Below, in pieces: positions 1 to 9,647 of a DNA stretch of 64,000 nt. The notes beneath the pieces were generated by a model, which was not told where the DNA came from, did not search any database, and saw nothing but the letters and a program-made list of their open reading frames with translations. Location of the stretch: NCBI GenBank assembly GCA_963837515.1, contig CAWINT010000011.1, positions 249,242 through 313,241 on the forward strand. Direction: 5' to 3'. This DNA comes from an uncultured Actinomycetes bacterium (GTDB taxonomy: Bacteria; Actinomycetota; Actinomycetes; Streptosporangiales; Streptosporangiaceae). The stretch's first letter is position 1. Each line of letters begins with the position of its first letter. Made by a program: the position numbers and the translations under genes.

Positions 1-1830
1 AACCCTGAGCTGATGCTGTTCAAGCGGAGTTCGGGTAACTGGGCCCAGCTGGGCGGGGTTTACAGCTCGGGGGCGCTGCCGGCGGGCACGCAGTTGCAGG
101 TCAAGGCGGTCGGGTCAACCATCTCGTTCCTGCAGAACGGTGTGCAGCGGCTGTCGGTGACCGACACCAGCATCACGGGCGGCGCGCCGGGGATCATGGC
201 GTACGGCACGACGTCGGCGGACAACTGGTCGGGTGGGTCGGCGGCCGGCAGCGCCACGTACACGGTGGGTGGCACGGTGTCGGGGCTGTCGGGGACGGTG
301 GTGCTGCAGGATAACGGCGGGGACAACCTGTCGCTGTCGGCGGCTGGGCCGTTCACGTTCGGCACGGCGCTGGCCGGCGGGACGGCGTACAGCGTGACGG
401 TCAAGACCAACCCGGCCGGGCAGACCTGCACCGTGTCCAACGGCTCAGGCACCATCGGGTCCGCCAACATCACCAACGTCACCGTCACCTGCACCGCCAG
501 TTCCACCACCTCGGGCGCCTCGGATGACTTCAACCGCGCCGATGGCAGTCTCGGCGCTAACTGGACCGACATCAGCGACGGCGGGCTGGCGATCTCCTCG
601 CAGCAGGTGACCGGGACGGTGGCCGGCGGGAATTCCGGGGACATCCGGACCGGCGAGTCCTATGACAGCAATCAGTATTCGCAGCTGGAAGTCTCCGCTA
701 CCCAGCTCACCGGCAGCCAGTGGATCGGGCCCGCGGTCCGGATCCAGTCCGGCGGCCAGGAAGCCTACGTTGGCATCTACACCTGGAACAACGGCAGCCC
801 CGACCTGATGCTGTTCGAGCGCAACGGCGGGAACTGGTCGCAGCTCGGCGGCACTTACAACTGCGGCCCGCTGCCCGCCGGGACCAAGCTCAAGCTGATG
901 GCGGTGGGGGATACGGTCGCGTTCCTGCAGGACGGGGTTGAGCGGATCGCGGCCGCGGCCACCGATCTGTCCGGTGGCGCGCCCGGCATCCTGGCCAACG
1001 GCACCGCAGAGGCTGACAACTGGTCCGGTGGCTCGGCTGGGTTCGAGGTGCACCAGCTGAGCACCGACGCCAACGGCGTGGTGTCCTACAACGTCATCTC
1101 AGCCAACAATGGGCCCGGTCCCCAGGCGCTGCGGGTCCTGCAGCCCACGCATCCGGCTGCCGGGGTGGCGCACAACTTCCTGTTCGTGCTCCCGGTGGAA
1201 GCCGGGCTCGGCAGTACGTTCGGCGACCCGTTGCAGGTCCTGGAGGGGCTCGACGCGCAGGACAAGTACAACCTGACGATCATCGAGCCCACCTTCTACA
1301 TCCAGCCCTGGTACGCGGACAACCCCACCAACGCGGATTACCAGGAGGAGACATTCCTGACCCAGGAACTGGCGCCCTGGGTCAAGAAGAACCTGGCGAC
1401 CACCGGCACCGAGCAGAACTGGCTGATCGGCTTCTCGAAATCCGGGATCGGCGGCCAGGACCTGATCCTGAAGCATCCGGACATATTCACGCTGGCCGCG
1501 TCCTGGGACTTCCCGGCGGACATCTCGTCCTACGACCAATACGGCAACTCCGCCGATTCGTACGGCACGGACGCGAATTTCCAGGCCAACTACCGCCTCA
1601 CCGCGTCATTCGTGGATGCGCACAAGGGGCCCTTCCTGAGCAACAACCGGATCTGGATCGGAGGGTACTCGCTCTACCAGCAGGACATATCGGATTACGG
1701 CTCGCTGCTGACGTCGGAAGGCATAGCCCACTCGACGGAACCGTCGCAGTACATGACCCACCGCTGGGATAGCGGGTGGGTCCCGCTGGCCCTGGCCGCG
1801 CTTTATGCGGACAGCACCAACCTGCATTGA
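1..1830 (+). CDS. Multidomain (probably secreted) protein, 5'-truncated by the window edge: two concanavalin/LamG-like lectin repeats, a beta-sandwich linker, and a C-terminal esterase-like alpha/beta-hydrolase domain
   Basis: Frame 1 is open from nt 1 (ORF track 13..1830). An internal ~170-aa duplication (ELMLFKRSSGNWAQLGG...ADNWSGGS vs DLMLFERNGGNWSQLGG...ADNWSGGS) shows the first repeat is cut by the window edge. The C-terminal part has FLFVLPVEAG and LIGFSKSG (nucleophile-elbow-like), as in esterase-family hydrolases. Confidence 0.6.
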   Translation, partial: NPELMLFKRSSGNWAQLGGVYSSGALPAGTQLQVKAVGSTISFLQNGVQRLSVTDTSITGGAPGIMAYGTTSADNWSGGSAAGSATYTVGGTVSGLSGTVVLQDNGGDNLSLSAAGPFTFGTALAGGTAYSVTVKTNPAGQTCTVSNGSGTIGSANITNVTVTCTASSTTSGASDDFNRADGSLGANWTDISDGGLAISSQQVTGTVAGGNSGDIRTGESYDSNQYSQLEVSATQLTGSQWIGPAVRIQSGGQEAYVGIYTWNNGSPDLMLFERNGGNWSQLGGTYNCGPLPAGTKLKLMAVGDTVAFLQDGVERIAAAATDLSGGAPGILANGTAEADNWSGGSAGFEVHQLSTDANGVVSYNVISANNGPGPQALRVLQPTHPAAGVAHNFLFVLPVEAGLGSTFGDPLQVLEGLDAQDKYNLTIIEPTFYIQPWYADNPTNADYQEETFLTQELAPWVKKNLATTGTEQNWLIGFSKSGIGGQDLILKHPDIFTLAASWDFPADISSYDQYGNSADSYGTDANFQANYRLTASFVDAHKGPFLSNNRIWIGGYSLYQQDISDYGSLLTSEGIAHSTEPSQYMTHRWDSGWVPLALAALYADSTNLH

Positions 1831-1832
1831 GG

Positions 1833-1851
1833 GGTGCTGGCTGACAGCACC
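1833..1851. terminator. Putative bidirectional stem-loop between convergent genes
   Basis: Perfect 7-bp stem GGTGCTG / CAGCACC with a 5-nt loop, lying between the stop at 1830 (+) and the stop at 1857 (-). No T-tract. Confidence 0.35.
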
Positions 1852-1856
1852 GCGAG

Positions 1857-3050
1857 TCAGACGAAGAACGCCAGGAACTGGCCACTGTTGGCGGCTTGGC
1901 CGCCGGGGCCGCCGTTGGTGGCGGCCGGGGTGACCTCGACGTCGACCCAGTAGCACGGCGCGCTGGCAGCGGCGTAGGTGTCCGCCCAGGCGAAGGCGGT
2001 CCCCTGGTGGTAGGAGCCCTGGCCCGGGCTGGTGGCCTGGGCCAGGTTGGGGGCCGAGAGGGGGCCGACGGAGATGCCCTGGCCGCCGGCGCCGGTGGAC
2101 CAGTAGTCGATCGTGGCCAGGTTCCACATCTGCGGGCTGCTGGCCGAGTTGCATACCGCGACCTTGTAATCCCCGGCGGGCAGGGTGATCGTGCTGTAGG
2201 GACAGGACACCCAGCCGGTGCCGGCCGGCCCCGACCATCCGGGCGCGGCGTTCTCGGTCCCGCTGACCAGGGACTCCGAGGAGACCTGCCAGATCCCGCA
2301 GGAGGTGGGCAGCTGCGCTGCCCCGGCAGGGGAGTAGAACCAGATGCTGTCCAGCGTGCAGGGGGCGGACAGCTTGAACTCAGTGGCCAGCGTGAAGTTC
2401 AGGGCGCTGTCCTCGATGCCGTACAGCGGCACCGGCATGCCGGGCCACAAACGATACGACGACCCGTCCGGGGGAACGTCGCTCACCTGGACGTCCATCC
2501 AGAAGTTGGCCGACCCGGAACCCTGGTTCGGCATCGCCTCCGTGGGGTCGGCACTCGCCACGCCGAAGCAGCCCTGGGCCAGCCAGTTGTGCGGCACCGG
2601 GTTCGCGGCGTCGCTGTCGGAGTAGGCCTGCAGGGGCCCGTTGGTGATGCCCGCGCGGTAAAGGTCACCGCTGCCGAACTGGCCGCCGGAGTTCGGGAAC
2701 CCGTTCGTGGCGTGCCAGCCGGTCGCCGCGACGTATGCGATGGTCGGGGTCAATGCGATCGACCTGGGCAGCGGCACGTAGTTCCACTGCCCGGCGGTCA
2801 GCGAGCCCGACATGACGGCACCGCCGGGGACCAGGTTCCCGGCGTCGGTGTTGGTGACCTGCCAGAGCGCGAACTTCTGCGGCCCGGTGTCACCATCGGT
2901 GGGCACCCACCACCAGAATCCGTCGAACCAGCAGCCGTTGCTGGTGACCTGAAAGGCGAGTCCGGCCAGGAAATTGCCGGTGTAATGGGTCACGCCCGGG
3001 CCCAGCCCGGGACGTCCCGCAGCACCGTCCATCAGCCGGTAGACAGTCAA
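1857..3050 (-). CDS. Double DUF4082-like domain protein with no signal peptide (orphan paralog 1)
   Basis: 397-aa ORF. Two tandem modules fit the DUF4082-type pattern (LAGLAFQVTSNGCWFDGFWWWV...KFALWQV...GQWNYVPLP...AYVAATG, then TLATEFKLSAPCTLDSIWFY...CGIWQV...GWVSCPY...YKVAV). Paralogous to 3142..4335 and to the C-terminal 2/3 of 5520..7247. Confidence 0.65.
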   Translation of the reverse strand: MTVYRLMDGAAGRPGLGPGVTHYTGNFLAGLAFQVTSNGCWFDGFWWWVPTDGDTGPQKFALWQVTNTDAGNLVPGGAVMSGSLTAGQWNYVPLPRSIALTPTIAYVAATGWHATNGFPNSGGQFGSGDLYRAGITNGPLQAYSDSDAANPVPHNWLAQGCFGVASADPTEAMPNQGSGSANFWMDVQVSDVPPDGSSYRLWPGMPVPLYGIEDSALNFTLATEFKLSAPCTLDSIWFYSPAGAAQLPTSCGIWQVSSESLVSGTENAAPGWSGPAGTGWVSCPYSTITLPAGDYKVAVCNSASSPQMWNLATIDYWSTGAGGQGISVGPLSAPNLAQATSPGQGSYHQGTAFAWADTYAAASAPCYWVDVEVTPAATNGGPGGQAANSGQFLAFFV

Positions 3051-3125
3051 CTAGTCCCCCTCGATACAACCGGCGTGCGCGGCCAGGCCCTGGCCAGGGC
3101 CGCCGGTCCTGGCTCGGCCACCACC

Positions 3126-3145
3126 CTGAGCGGTCGGCCGCTCAG
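3126..3145 (-). terminator. Putative stem-loop overlapping the stop codon of the DUF4082 paralog 2 gene
   Basis: Perfect 8-bp stem CTGAGCGG / CCGCTCAG with a 4-nt loop. Stop codon (tca, 3142-3144) lies inside the 3' arm. Confidence 0.3.
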
Positions 3146-4335
3146 GGGAAGAAAGTCAGGAAGGCTCCTGAGTTGGCCGGTCCGGGCGGGGCCGCAGCCG
3201 CACCCGGCGTCACCTCCACGTCGATCCAGCGGGTCTCGCCATTGTCCTTGGTGTCGAACGTGTTCGGGTACGCGAACGATCCGTCCTGGTAGGTGGAGTT
3301 CCCGGTGACAACCGCGCCATTGCTGTTCGCGATCGCCGGGGCCGCGTTGGCGACGTTCGGCGAACTGAGCGGCCCGGCGGTGATCCCGCTGGCACCCGCC
3401 CCGGTGCCGAAATAGTCAACGAGTTCGGTATAGAACTGCTGGCCGCCGCCGTAGTACACCGAGACCCGGTAATCCCCGGCGGGCAGGGTTACCCCGCTGT
3501 ACGGGCACGCCACCCAGCCGCTGCCCGGTCCGCCCGACCAGGCCGGTGCCGTGCTGTCCGTGCCGGCCACCACCGCGTGCGTGGCCACATCCCAGATGGC
3601 GCACCGTGACGGCAGCACGGAAACCCCGGGCGGGGTGTAGAACCAGATGTTGTTCAGCGTGCAGGCCTGGGCCAGCTTGAACTCGGTCGCCGACGTCTGC
3701 TGCCCGGTGTCGATGCTCAGCACATTCGGGGGGGCCGGATAGTTCGGCCACAGCCGGTAGGACGAGCCGTCGGGGGCGGTGTCGCTGACCTGGACGTCCA
3801 TCCAGAAGTTGCTCGATCCCGACCCGTACGCGGGCATGACCGCGGCCGGATCAGTACCGGCCACGCTGAACGGGCCCTGGTCGATCGAGAATGGCGCGGG
3901 CAGCGTCCCGGACTGGTCGGAGTAGGCGCTCAGCGGGCCGTTGACGATCCCAGCGCTGTAAGCCTCGCCGCTGCCGAACTGGCTGCTGGTGTCCGGGAAA
4001 CCGCCACTGAACCCGGTCGCGGCCACGTAGCCGACACCAATGGTCAGCGGGATCGGGGCCGGCAGCGGCACGTGGTTCCATTGCCCGGCGGTCAGCGGGC
4101 CGGAGGTGACCGTGGCGCTGCCGATGAGCGTTCCGGTGCCGTTGGTATAGGGCTGCCAGAGGGCGAACTTCTGCGGCGCGGTGGACTGGCCGGTGTCACA
4201 GACCCACCACCAGTATCCGTCGAACCACACGCCGCCGGTGGTGACCTTGAAGGCCAGGCCGGCGATGAACGGGCCGTTGTAGGAAACGGCGCCGGATGGC
4301 CCGCTGATCCCGGAATACAGCCGGTATGTGGCCAT
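3142..4335 (-). CDS. Double DUF4082-like domain protein with no signal peptide (paralog 2), translationally coupled to the upstream Tat-signal protein
   Basis: ORF track 3142..4371. The preferred start is the second ATG at 4335 (MATYRLYSG..., which aligns with MTVYRLMDG of paralog 1). This ATG overlaps the TGA of the upstream gene as TGATG. Confidence 0.7.
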   Translation of the reverse strand: MATYRLYSGISGPSGAVSYNGPFIAGLAFKVTTGGVWFDGYWWWVCDTGQSTAPQKFALWQPYTNGTGTLIGSATVTSGPLTAGQWNHVPLPAPIPLTIGVGYVAATGFSGGFPDTSSQFGSGEAYSAGIVNGPLSAYSDQSGTLPAPFSIDQGPFSVAGTDPAAVMPAYGSGSSNFWMDVQVSDTAPDGSSYRLWPNYPAPPNVLSIDTGQQTSATEFKLAQACTLNNIWFYTPPGVSVLPSRCAIWDVATHAVVAGTDSTAPAWSGGPGSGWVACPYSGVTLPAGDYRVSVYYGGGQQFYTELVDYFGTGAGASGITAGPLSSPNVANAAPAIANSNGAVVTGNSTYQDGSFAYPNTFDTKDNGETRWIDVEVTPGAAAAPPGPANSGAFLTFFP

Positions 4336-4904
4336 CAGCTGAACCCGTTCACGAAGGCGGCCAGTAGCCACTTGCCCTTGGCCGCGTTATAGATGAAGCC
4401 GAGCAGATCGGTCTGGCCGGCTGCGGTGCTCAGCGTGGGCTGCGGCAGCCCAGTGGAGAACTCGTAACCGCTGTCCCAGGTGAGGGCGGACGATCCGCCC
4501 GAGCCCTGGGTGACCTGAAAGATGATCTGCTGCCCGTTGGCCGGGTTGGCCGGGGCGCCCATCGTCCGGTTCCCGGCTATGGTGACCCGGAAATCATTGC
4601 CGAGGGAAGCGTTGACCGCGATCGTCCCCCCGTCAGCCAGCCGGACCACGCTGGGGGCGACGGCGCCCGGCTCGACTGCCGTGCTGGCCCGGGCCGCCTG
4701 CTGCCCGGCCAGCCCGCGGGCCTGCTGGGCCAGCACCGCGCGCCGGGCCGCCAGCGCCGGAACGGCCGGGAACAGCAGGGATCCGCCCGCGGCTCCGGCC
4801 GCGGCCGCCATCCAGGCGGCGTACCTGAAGATCTTCCGCCGGCTCAGCGCCCAGCCGGAGGTCTGCCCGGGCCGGGCGGCCGCGCCTTGTGTGTCCACTG
4901 CCAC
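4335..4904 (-). CDS. Small Tat-signal secreted protein, homologous to the N-terminal domain of the 5520..7247 fusion
   Basis: 189 aa. Twin-arginine motif SRRKIF followed by a hydrophobic h-region and ALA. GTG start preceded by GGGGGAG. About 60% identical by eye to residues ~40-225 of the fused paralog (IAVNASLGNDFRVTIAGNRTMG.. vs IAVDASLGNDFRVTIGSDRTMG..). Confidence 0.65.
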   Translation of the reverse strand: MAVDTQGAAARPGQTSGWALSRRKIFRYAAWMAAAAGAAGGSLLFPAVPALAARRAVLAQQARGLAGQQAARASTAVEPGAVAPSVVRLADGGTIAVNASLGNDFRVTIAGNRTMGAPANPANGQQIIFQVTQGSGGSSALTWDSGYEFSTGLPQPTLSTAAGQTDLLGFIYNAAKGKWLLAAFVNGFS

Positions 4905-4914
4905 CTCCCCCGCC

Positions 4915-5454
4915 TCAGAAGTTTTTCCAGCCGGCGCACAGGCCAGCTTTCCGTGCGGCGGCGATGTCGTCCGCCGCCGAGCCGTGGTGGTAGATGCTCA
5001 GGTCATTGGGTGAGTAGCCCCACCGGCCCTTTACGTAGCTGAATACCTCCTCGGCGCGGCGGTGCCGGGCTGAGCCGGCCGTGGCGGCCTCCGTGACGAT
5101 GGCCGCAGTGCCGAAGACGGTCACGGCCTTGATGGTCCTGGCCGTGGACGCCACGGCGGCAGCCCGGCAGCCCTGGTGCACCGTTACCCAGAGGTGCTGT
5201 GGGATCTGCTGCTGCATGGCTGGGACCAGCAGCTCCCAGGATTCCGCGTAGTGGCCAGCTTGGTAGAGGCGGTCGAACCGCTGGGCCGCCATCCGGGCGC
5301 CGCCCTGCGCGTGTGGTTCCGCCGGGCCGGTCTGATCCGGAGCGGCCCGCGCGGTGGCCGACTCGGCCGCGGTGCCCTTCGCCGCGCCCGGGGCACCGCA
5401 GCCGACCAGGCCTGCGGCGACCAGGCCGGCCAGGAAGATCTTCGTGAACCGCAT
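4915..5454 (-). CDS. Lipoprotein of unknown function
   Basis: 179 aa. N-terminus MRFTKIFLAGLVAAGLVGCG has a signal peptide with an L-V-G-C lipobox. Confidence 0.6.
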   Translation of the reverse strand: MRFTKIFLAGLVAAGLVGCGAPGAAKGTAAESATARAAPDQTGPAEPHAQGGARMAAQRFDRLYQAGHYAESWELLVPAMQQQIPQHLWVTVHQGCRAAAVASTARTIKAVTVFGTAAIVTEAATAGSARHRRAEEVFSYVKGRWGYSPNDLSIYHHGSAADDIAAARKAGLCAGWKNF

Positions 5455-5519
5455 GGTGGCGGGAGTCCTTTCGGTGCGGCGCGGGCCGGCCGGGCGCGGG
5501 TGTACCGGCGACGGCAGGC

Positions 5520-7247
5520 TCAGGCCGGGGTGACCTCGGCGTCAACCCAGTAGTTCTCGCCGTTGTTGCTGGAGTAGCTCTGCGGGTAGGCCCACGAACC
5601 CTGGTGGTAAGTGCCCTGGCCCGGGCCGGTGGCAGCCGACGAACTGGGCGCGGTGATCGGCCCCGCGGTGATCCCGCTGGCACCGGTGCCGCCGTTGTTC
5701 CAGTAACCAACGGTGGCCTGGTACCACTCGGATCCGCCGCCGTAGTACACCGCGACCTTGTAGTCCCCGGCAGGCAGCGTGACGCCGCTGTAGCTGCACG
5801 ACACCCAGCCTGAGCCGGCTGCCCCCGACCACGACGGCGAGGTGTTGTCCGTGGCCGCGACCACGGTCTGGGAGCTGACATCCCAGATGGCGCACCGGGT
5901 GGGCAGGGCGCCCGCGCCGGACGCGGAGTAGAACCAGATCTTGCCCAGCTGGCAAGAGGCCGACAGCTGGAACTCGGTGGCCAGCGTGTAGCCCGTGGTG
6001 TCGGAATCAAGATGGCCCGGGAGCGTCGGGTAACTCGGCCACAACCGGTAGCTCGCTCCGGTTGGCGGGTTCGTGTCGACCTGGAGATCCATCCAGAAGT
6101 TGCAGGCGTTGGACCCGTAGATCGGCATGGACGCGGTGGGATCGGCGGTCGCGACGGTGAACACGCTTTGAGCGCCGTTGAACGGGGACGGCTTGGAACC
6201 GGACGCGTCGGAGTAGGCGGTCAGTGGGCCGTTGACGATCCCGGCGCTGTAGGCGCCACCGCTGCCGAACTGGTTGTTGGTGTCCGGGAAGCTGCCGTTG
6301 AACCCGGTCGCGGCCACATAGGTGGCCCCGACGGCCAGCGGTACCGGGGCCGGCAGCTGCACGAAGTTCCACTGCCCGGCGGTCAGGGCTCCCGAGGTGA
6401 AGGTGGCCGCGGCGACCAGCGACCCGCTGTAACCCGGCCCGTAGACGCCCCAGAGGGCGAACTTCTGCGCGGCCGTGGACTGGCCGCTGTCACACACCCA
6501 CCACCAGAAGCCATCGAGCCAGCAACCGCCCTCGGTCACGGTGAAGACGACGCCACAGGTGAAGGGGCCGGAGTAGGAAACCGGGCTGGACGGCCCGTTG
6601 GTTGACGGGAACAGCCGGTAGGTGCCCTTGGGCTGGGTGGCCACGGTCGCGCTGAAGCCGAGCACGTAGGCGGCCAGCAGCCACTTGCCCTTGTCCGCGT
6701 TATAGATGAAGGCGAGCAGGTCGGTCTGGCCGGCCTGGGTGCTCAGGATGGGCTGGGGCAGGCCGGTGCCAAAGGCGTAGCCGCTGCCCCAGGTGATCGT
6801 GGCCGAGCCGGCCGAGCCCTGGGTGATCTGGAAGGTGATCTTCTGCCCGTCGGTTGGGTTGGTGGGGTTCCCCATCGTGCGGTCGCTCCCGATGGTCACC
6901 CGGAAATCGTTGCCGAGAGAGGCGTCGACAGCGATCGTGCCGGCATCGGCCAGGGGCACCACCGCAGGCGCCAGCGCGCCCTGCTGGACGGTGGTGCCGG
7001 CGGCCGCGGCCTGCTGCCCGGCCAGGCCGCTGACCTGCCTCGCCGCCACTGCGGCCCGGGCCGGCTCGGCGGCGGCCTGCGAGAGCACCGATCCGCCCGC
7101 CGCGCCCAGAGCGGCCAGGCCGGCGGCTCGCTTGAAGATTCTCCGGCGGCTCAGCGCCTGCCCGGCGCCCGGCCCCTCCTGGCGCACCGAGGATTGCTTG
7201 CCCACTGCAGCCCCTCCCTCGCGGGGATGTGTAGTCCCCGTCTGCAT
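5520..7247 (-). CDS. Fusion protein: Tat-signal domain + double DUF4082-like domains (paralog 3)
   Basis: ORF track 5520..7508. Start trimmed to the ATG at 7247 (MQTGTTHPREGG...) because the longer form overlaps the upstream gene's 3' end (to 7339) and precedes the SRRRIFKRAAGLAALGAAG Tat motif by >120 aa. The junction ...LLAAYVLGFSATVATQPKGTYRLFPS joins the two modules that are separate genes at 4335. Confidence 0.7.
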   Translation of the reverse strand: MQTGTTHPREGGAAVGKQSSVRQEGPGAGQALSRRRIFKRAAGLAALGAAGGSVLSQAAAEPARAAVAARQVSGLAGQQAAAAGTTVQQGALAPAVVPLADAGTIAVDASLGNDFRVTIGSDRTMGNPTNPTDGQKITFQITQGSAGSATITWGSGYAFGTGLPQPILSTQAGQTDLLAFIYNADKGKWLLAAYVLGFSATVATQPKGTYRLFPSTNGPSSPVSYSGPFTCGVVFTVTEGGCWLDGFWWWVCDSGQSTAAQKFALWGVYGPGYSGSLVAAATFTSGALTAGQWNFVQLPAPVPLAVGATYVAATGFNGSFPDTNNQFGSGGAYSAGIVNGPLTAYSDASGSKPSPFNGAQSVFTVATADPTASMPIYGSNACNFWMDLQVDTNPPTGASYRLWPSYPTLPGHLDSDTTGYTLATEFQLSASCQLGKIWFYSASGAGALPTRCAIWDVSSQTVVAATDNTSPSWSGAAGSGWVSCSYSGVTLPAGDYKVAVYYGGGSEWYQATVGYWNNGGTGASGITAGPITAPSSSAATGPGQGTYHQGSWAYPQSYSSNNGENYWVDAEVTPA

Positions 7248-7338
7248 GGACACAAGACGCCCAGCCGGACGAATAGGTTTACCCCTCGGATAGCCCCATT
7301 TGGCCGCCACGCCGGTGCGGGCGCGGGGTGCGAGCCGG

Positions 7339-8616
7339 CTAGCGGGCGTTGCGCCCAGCCTGGGCCACAGACGGTGCGCGGGCCGGGAAGAGCAGCGCGG
7401 ACAGCAGGGCGAACTGGTCGTCCAGGCTGGCCACCTTGGCCGCGTTCCGCTCGGCCACCATCTGCTGGAGTTCGCTGCGGCGCTTCTCCAGTTCGGTGAA
7501 CCGCTCAATCAGCAGGTCGACGTCGAACGAGGAAGCGGACTCGGTGAAGTCGGCCAGGCCCATATCCGCCATCAGCGGGCCGAATTTGTCCGAATAGCCC
7601 AGCGCTATGGTCGGCTTGCCGAGCTTGAGCGCGCAGATCACGTTGTGGTAGCGAGTGGCCACCACGCTGCCGACCGGGGCCAGCGCCTGCATAAGTTCCG
7701 TGTAGGAGGCGCCGGGCTCGATAACGATCGATCCCGGGTCCAGATCGGGCCGGTGCCGCCGCACCTCCGCGCGGATCTGCTCCGCGACGCTGACGTCGAA
7801 CTTGGTGTCCCCGCCGAACAGCAGGACCTGGTGGCCGCTGTCGACCAGCCACTCGGTGAACCGGGTCAGCTTCTCGAGGTAGCCGGAATGTATCGCGGCC
7901 GCATTGCGCCGGTCGTCGTTTCCCCCGTAGTAGTCCATCACGCCGACGCCGACGGTCTGGGGGTCGCCGGCGTCATGAGGCGGTGTGGGAATGCCGAACG
8001 CGAGGTCGGGATAGACGCGGTCCCGGGAGGTGTCGATGCCCCGTCGCTGCATCGCCGCCCGTGAGTAGGCGTCGCGGTAGGACCGGTAATAGGCCAGCCG
8101 CGCGGTCCGGTTGGACAGCGCGCGGGTGGCCCGCTGCTTGATGTCGTTGGCTCCCACGCTGACGAACGCGACCTTGGTCCGGAACAGCCTCCCTGACGCG
8201 CTGAGCACGAACAGCGTGTACGGGAAACCCCAGGGCCGGGTGGGCAGCGTGGCCTCCAGCGCGCCCGCCCCCGGGACGAACACCACATCGTGCCGGCGTA
8301 CCCAGGACGCGATCCGGGCCGCGTCGAGGCCCTTCCCCAGAACCTTGAGGAACGGCGCCGTCACCCCGGAGGCCCGGTCCTCGAACCGCTGATACCAGTA
8401 CAGCGGGATGGCCGGGAGGCCGTAGCGCGCCTGCAGCCGCTCCGATCCCCCCGACATGGCGTCCAGGGCGGCCTCGGGGTGGGCGTCGCGGAGGTAGCGG
8501 AGCATGGTCTCCATCGAGACGTCGTTGCCGGAATTGCCCGAGCCAAGCAGGCCGAACAGGCCCACCCGGGCCGGGCTCGCGGCGGGTGCACCGCCGGCCG
8601 GATCACGAGGGCTCAT
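7339..8616 (-). CDS. Polysaccharide pyruvyl transferase family protein (WcaK/CsaB-like)
   Basis: 425 aa. N-terminal [25 protein letters not shown] resembles the G-x-x-G-x-x-N-x-G-D motif of the PS_pyruv_trans family. 4-nt overlap with the upstream gene. Confidence 0.65.
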   Translation of the reverse strand: MSPRDPAGGAPAASPARVGLFGLLGSGNSGNDVSMETMLRYLRDAHPEAALDAMSGGSERLQARYGLPAIPLYWYQRFEDRASGVTAPFLKVLGKGLDAARIASWVRRHDVVFVPGAGALEATLPTRPWGFPYTLFVLSASGRLFRTKVAFVSVGANDIKQRATRALSNRTARLAYYRSYRDAYSRAAMQRRGIDTSRDRVYPDLAFGIPTPPHDAGDPQTVGVGVMDYYGGNDDRRNAAAIHSGYLEKLTRFTEWLVDSGHQVLLFGGDTKFDVSVAEQIRAEVRRHRPDLDPGSIVIEPGASYTELMQALAPVGSVVATRYHNVICALKLGKPTIALGYSDKFGPLMADMGLADFTESASSFDVDLLIERFTELEKRRSELQQMVAERNAAKVASLDDQFALLSALLFPARAPSVAQAGRNAR

Positions 8617-9647
8617 GAGTTGTCCGTCCGGCGCAGCATCTCGTCGACCACACCGGCCGAGAGGAGTTCCTGGATCCGGCGCAGGCGCACGTAACGCGAG
8701 GACGTGAAGTCGTCGTAGCTCATGCCGTGCTCGGTGTAGGCGGAGACGAGTTCCGCCACCCCGTCCCGCACGGTCCAGCGCAGTTTCAGGTCCGGGAAGG
8801 TGTCGTTCAGCTTGGCGAAGTCCACCTGGTAGTTCCGCAGGTCTGGCCCGGCTCCCTCGGCGAACGACACCTTGGACCCGGGCACCGCGTCGCGGACCAG
8901 TTCGGCTACGTCCCGGATCTGCACGTTGTCCTCGGGACGCCCGACGTTGAACGCCTCGTTGTGCACCCGCTCGCGGGGGGCCTCGAGCACGGCGAGGAAC
9001 GCCCGGCAGATGTCCTCCACGTGGACCAGCGGCCGCCAGGGCGAACCGTCACTCTCCATGCGCACCTCGCCGGCCGTCATGGCGACGGCGGTGAGGTTGT
9101 TCACCACGATGTCCAGCCGCAGCCGCGGTGAGGCGCCGTACGCCGTGGCGTTACGCAGGTAGGTTGGGCTGAAGTCGTCGCCGGCCAGCAGCGCGAGCTC
9201 ACGCTCCGCCCTGACCTTGGTCTCGCCGTAGGGCGTTACCGGGAAAAGCTCGGCGTCCTCGGCCACCGCACTGGACCCGGCCGCGCCGTACAGGCTGCAC
9301 GAGGAGGCGAAGGCGAACCGGTCGATGCCTGCATCCCGGGCGGCCCGCGCCAGTTGCAGCGTGCCGTCCAGGTTCACCGAGTAGGTGGCCGCCGGGTTGA
9401 GGTGGCCGAGCGGGTCGTTGGACAGCGCGGCGAGGCAGGCCACCGCGTCGTAGCCGGCCAGGCCGGGGGCGGCTGCGTCCCGCATGTCGCGCGGCGGCCG
9501 GGCGCCGATGTCTTCCGGCCCGGGTCCGAGGTCACAGCCCTCGTACAGACCGAGATCCAGCCCGTCAACCTGGTGCCCGGCCGCGCGCAGGAAGGGGACA
9601 AGAATCGCCCCGATGTAACCACGATCACCCGCAACAAGGATCCGCAT
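8613..9647 (-). CDS. NAD-dependent sugar epimerase/dehydratase (SDR family)
   Basis: 344 aa. Rossmann motif [13 protein letters not shown] and a catalytic Y-x3-K (PYGETK). Confidence 0.8.
   Translation of the reverse strand: MRILVAGDRGYIGAILVPFLRAAGHQVDGLDLGLYEGCDLGPGPEDIGARPPRDMRDAAAPGLAGYDAVACLAALSNDPLGHLNPAATYSVNLDGTLQLARAARDAGIDRFAFASSCSLYGAAGSSAVAEDAELFPVTPYGETKVRAERELALLAGDDFSPTYLRNATAYGASPRLRLDIVVNNLTAVAMTAGEVRMESDGSPWRPLVHVEDICRAFLAVLEAPRERVHNEAFNVGRPEDNVQIRDVAELVRDAVPGSKVSFAEGAGPDLRNYQVDFAKLNDTFPDLKLRWTVRDGVAELVSAYTEHGMSYDDFTSSRYVRLRRIQELLSAGVVDEMLRRTDNS

Noticed and set aside
1896-3308. Long antisense or out-of-frame ORFs throughout the window (e.g. 1896..3308 +, 5003..6010 -, 10823..12400 +, 13397..14518 -, 20562..22469 +, 21986..23338 +, 32121..34244 -, 40503..42158 -, 57464..58882 -, 59247..60992 -, 61016..63703 -)
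   Set aside because: They are Arg/Pro/Gly/Ala-rich with no recognisable motifs, and each lies opposite or out of frame with a gene that has clear family signatures. Stop-codon-poor alternative frames are expected at this GC content.
7248-7508. N-terminal extensions of ORF-track entries (5520..7508, 15845..17956, 23035..24879, 35782..37395, 30526..31896)
   Set aside because: The extensions overlap neighbouring genes or precede the signal peptides, Tat motifs or lipoboxes by tens to hundreds of residues. They have non-protein-like composition. Internal starts with SD-like sequences, stop/start overlaps or paralog agreement were preferred.
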